A stretch of 64,000 bases of DNA, filler included, from Octopus bimaculoides (lineage: Eukaryota), in assembly GCF_001194135.2 (NCBI RefSeq). It is 5 parts of 4 records of this genome, joined end to end, with 100 filler letters (N's around TTAATTAATTAA, not from the genome) between each part and the next. Parts side by side here need not be neighbours in the genome. Positions count along the whole stretch, not along the records: positions 62,945 to 64,000 come from NC_068983.1; 4 more parts are not named here. One strand, written 5' to 3'. This document shows, piece after piece, positions 63,327-64,000 of the stretch (positions within the stretch are counted from its first letter, which is position 1; every line of letters begins with the position of its first letter). The position numbers and the translations under genes are program-made. The notes below the pieces were generated by a model. That model saw nothing but the letters and a program-made list of their open reading frames with translations. It was not told where the DNA came from and searched no databases.

Positions 63327-63892
63327 CTGTAGAAGGGAAACATTTAGAACTTTCGTCGCCGCATATTTCCAGATGCTTACTTAATGGGATCTTGCGTAAT
63401 TCTTCTTGTCGGGTATGTGGCCTGTGGGTTCTTATCTCATAAAGCTTTTCGTCCAATTATCCCATAAGTAAGTTTGCATTCGTTTTACATTATTTACAGA
63501 TTGATTTTTCATATTGTTAATTTGCAAATATTATATTAATGTTTTTTCAAGCAGAACTACTCTTTATCAAAAAAATTCCCCTGAAAATGAATGTTTAGAA
63601 GGGCTATATTCTAGATATAAATCAAAGTGGAGAAAAAGAAAGGAAAAGAGAAGAAGAAAAAAGAAAGTGAAGAAGAAGAGAGAAAGAAAAGAGAGATAGA
63701 AAGAAACCAAAAAGATTTTCTGTGATGACCAAACCTGACCTGTTTTTTTTTAATTTTTTACGTCGTCCCCATCCTGAAAACCGTTCCAATACAATGGTAA
63801 AGGAAAACATAATTAAATAAATGGATGAATGAGGAATGGGAATGTAAATACACTTCCTCCCTCTCTTTCCCTCTACCCATCTGTCTATCTGC

Positions 63893-63896
63893 CCGA

Positions 63897-63986
<90 letters not shown>
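63893..63986. repeat. (ATCT)n tetranucleotide array
   Basis: Direct reading. (GATA)n also at 46557-46600 and 46945-47025. Confidence 0.95.
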
Positions 63987-64000
63987 CTGTCAACCTGTCT

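Noticed and set aside
63109-63456. 115-aa ORF from the track as a gene
   Set aside because: It overlaps exon A in the wrong frame. The frame fixed by the phase-2 junction gives the Cys-containing EMI sequence.

Overview
Eukaryotic, AT-rich, microsatellite-saturated scaffold sequence with about 18 N gaps. The SINE families and repeat landscape suggest a cephalopod, most likely Octopus (inference; no database search was run). Two spliced protein-coding genes can be rebuilt by hand. (1) Plus strand, four phase-compatible exons (43374-52639) of an MFS transporter of the animal oxalate:formate antiporter-like type, with a roughly 290-aa acidic central loop rich in RRxS motifs. (2) Minus strand, five phase-compatible exons (63326 to 55640; 666 nt = 222 codons) encoding EMI - EGF - TB-like - start of VWD, the N-terminus of a SCO-spondin/hemolectin/vWF-type secreted protein. 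Both genes are incomplete in this window and converge on an artificial scaffold join. The rest is mostly mobile DNA: at least four tRNA-derived SINE families, Tc1/mariner elements (one full length with TIRs), a 509-bp hAT derivative with an 8-bp target-site duplication (TSD), fragments of RLE-type and APE-type non-LTR elements, and Penelope-like element ends carrying minimal hammerhead-ribozyme-like motifs. Other items of note are a pre-miRNA-like hairpin, a SINE flanked by a 174-bp direct duplication, and four N44-TTAATTAATTAA-N44 assembly linkers. No rRNA, intact tRNA or CRISPR array was seen. Nearly all long ORFs in the supplied track are artefacts of N runs or microsatellites.
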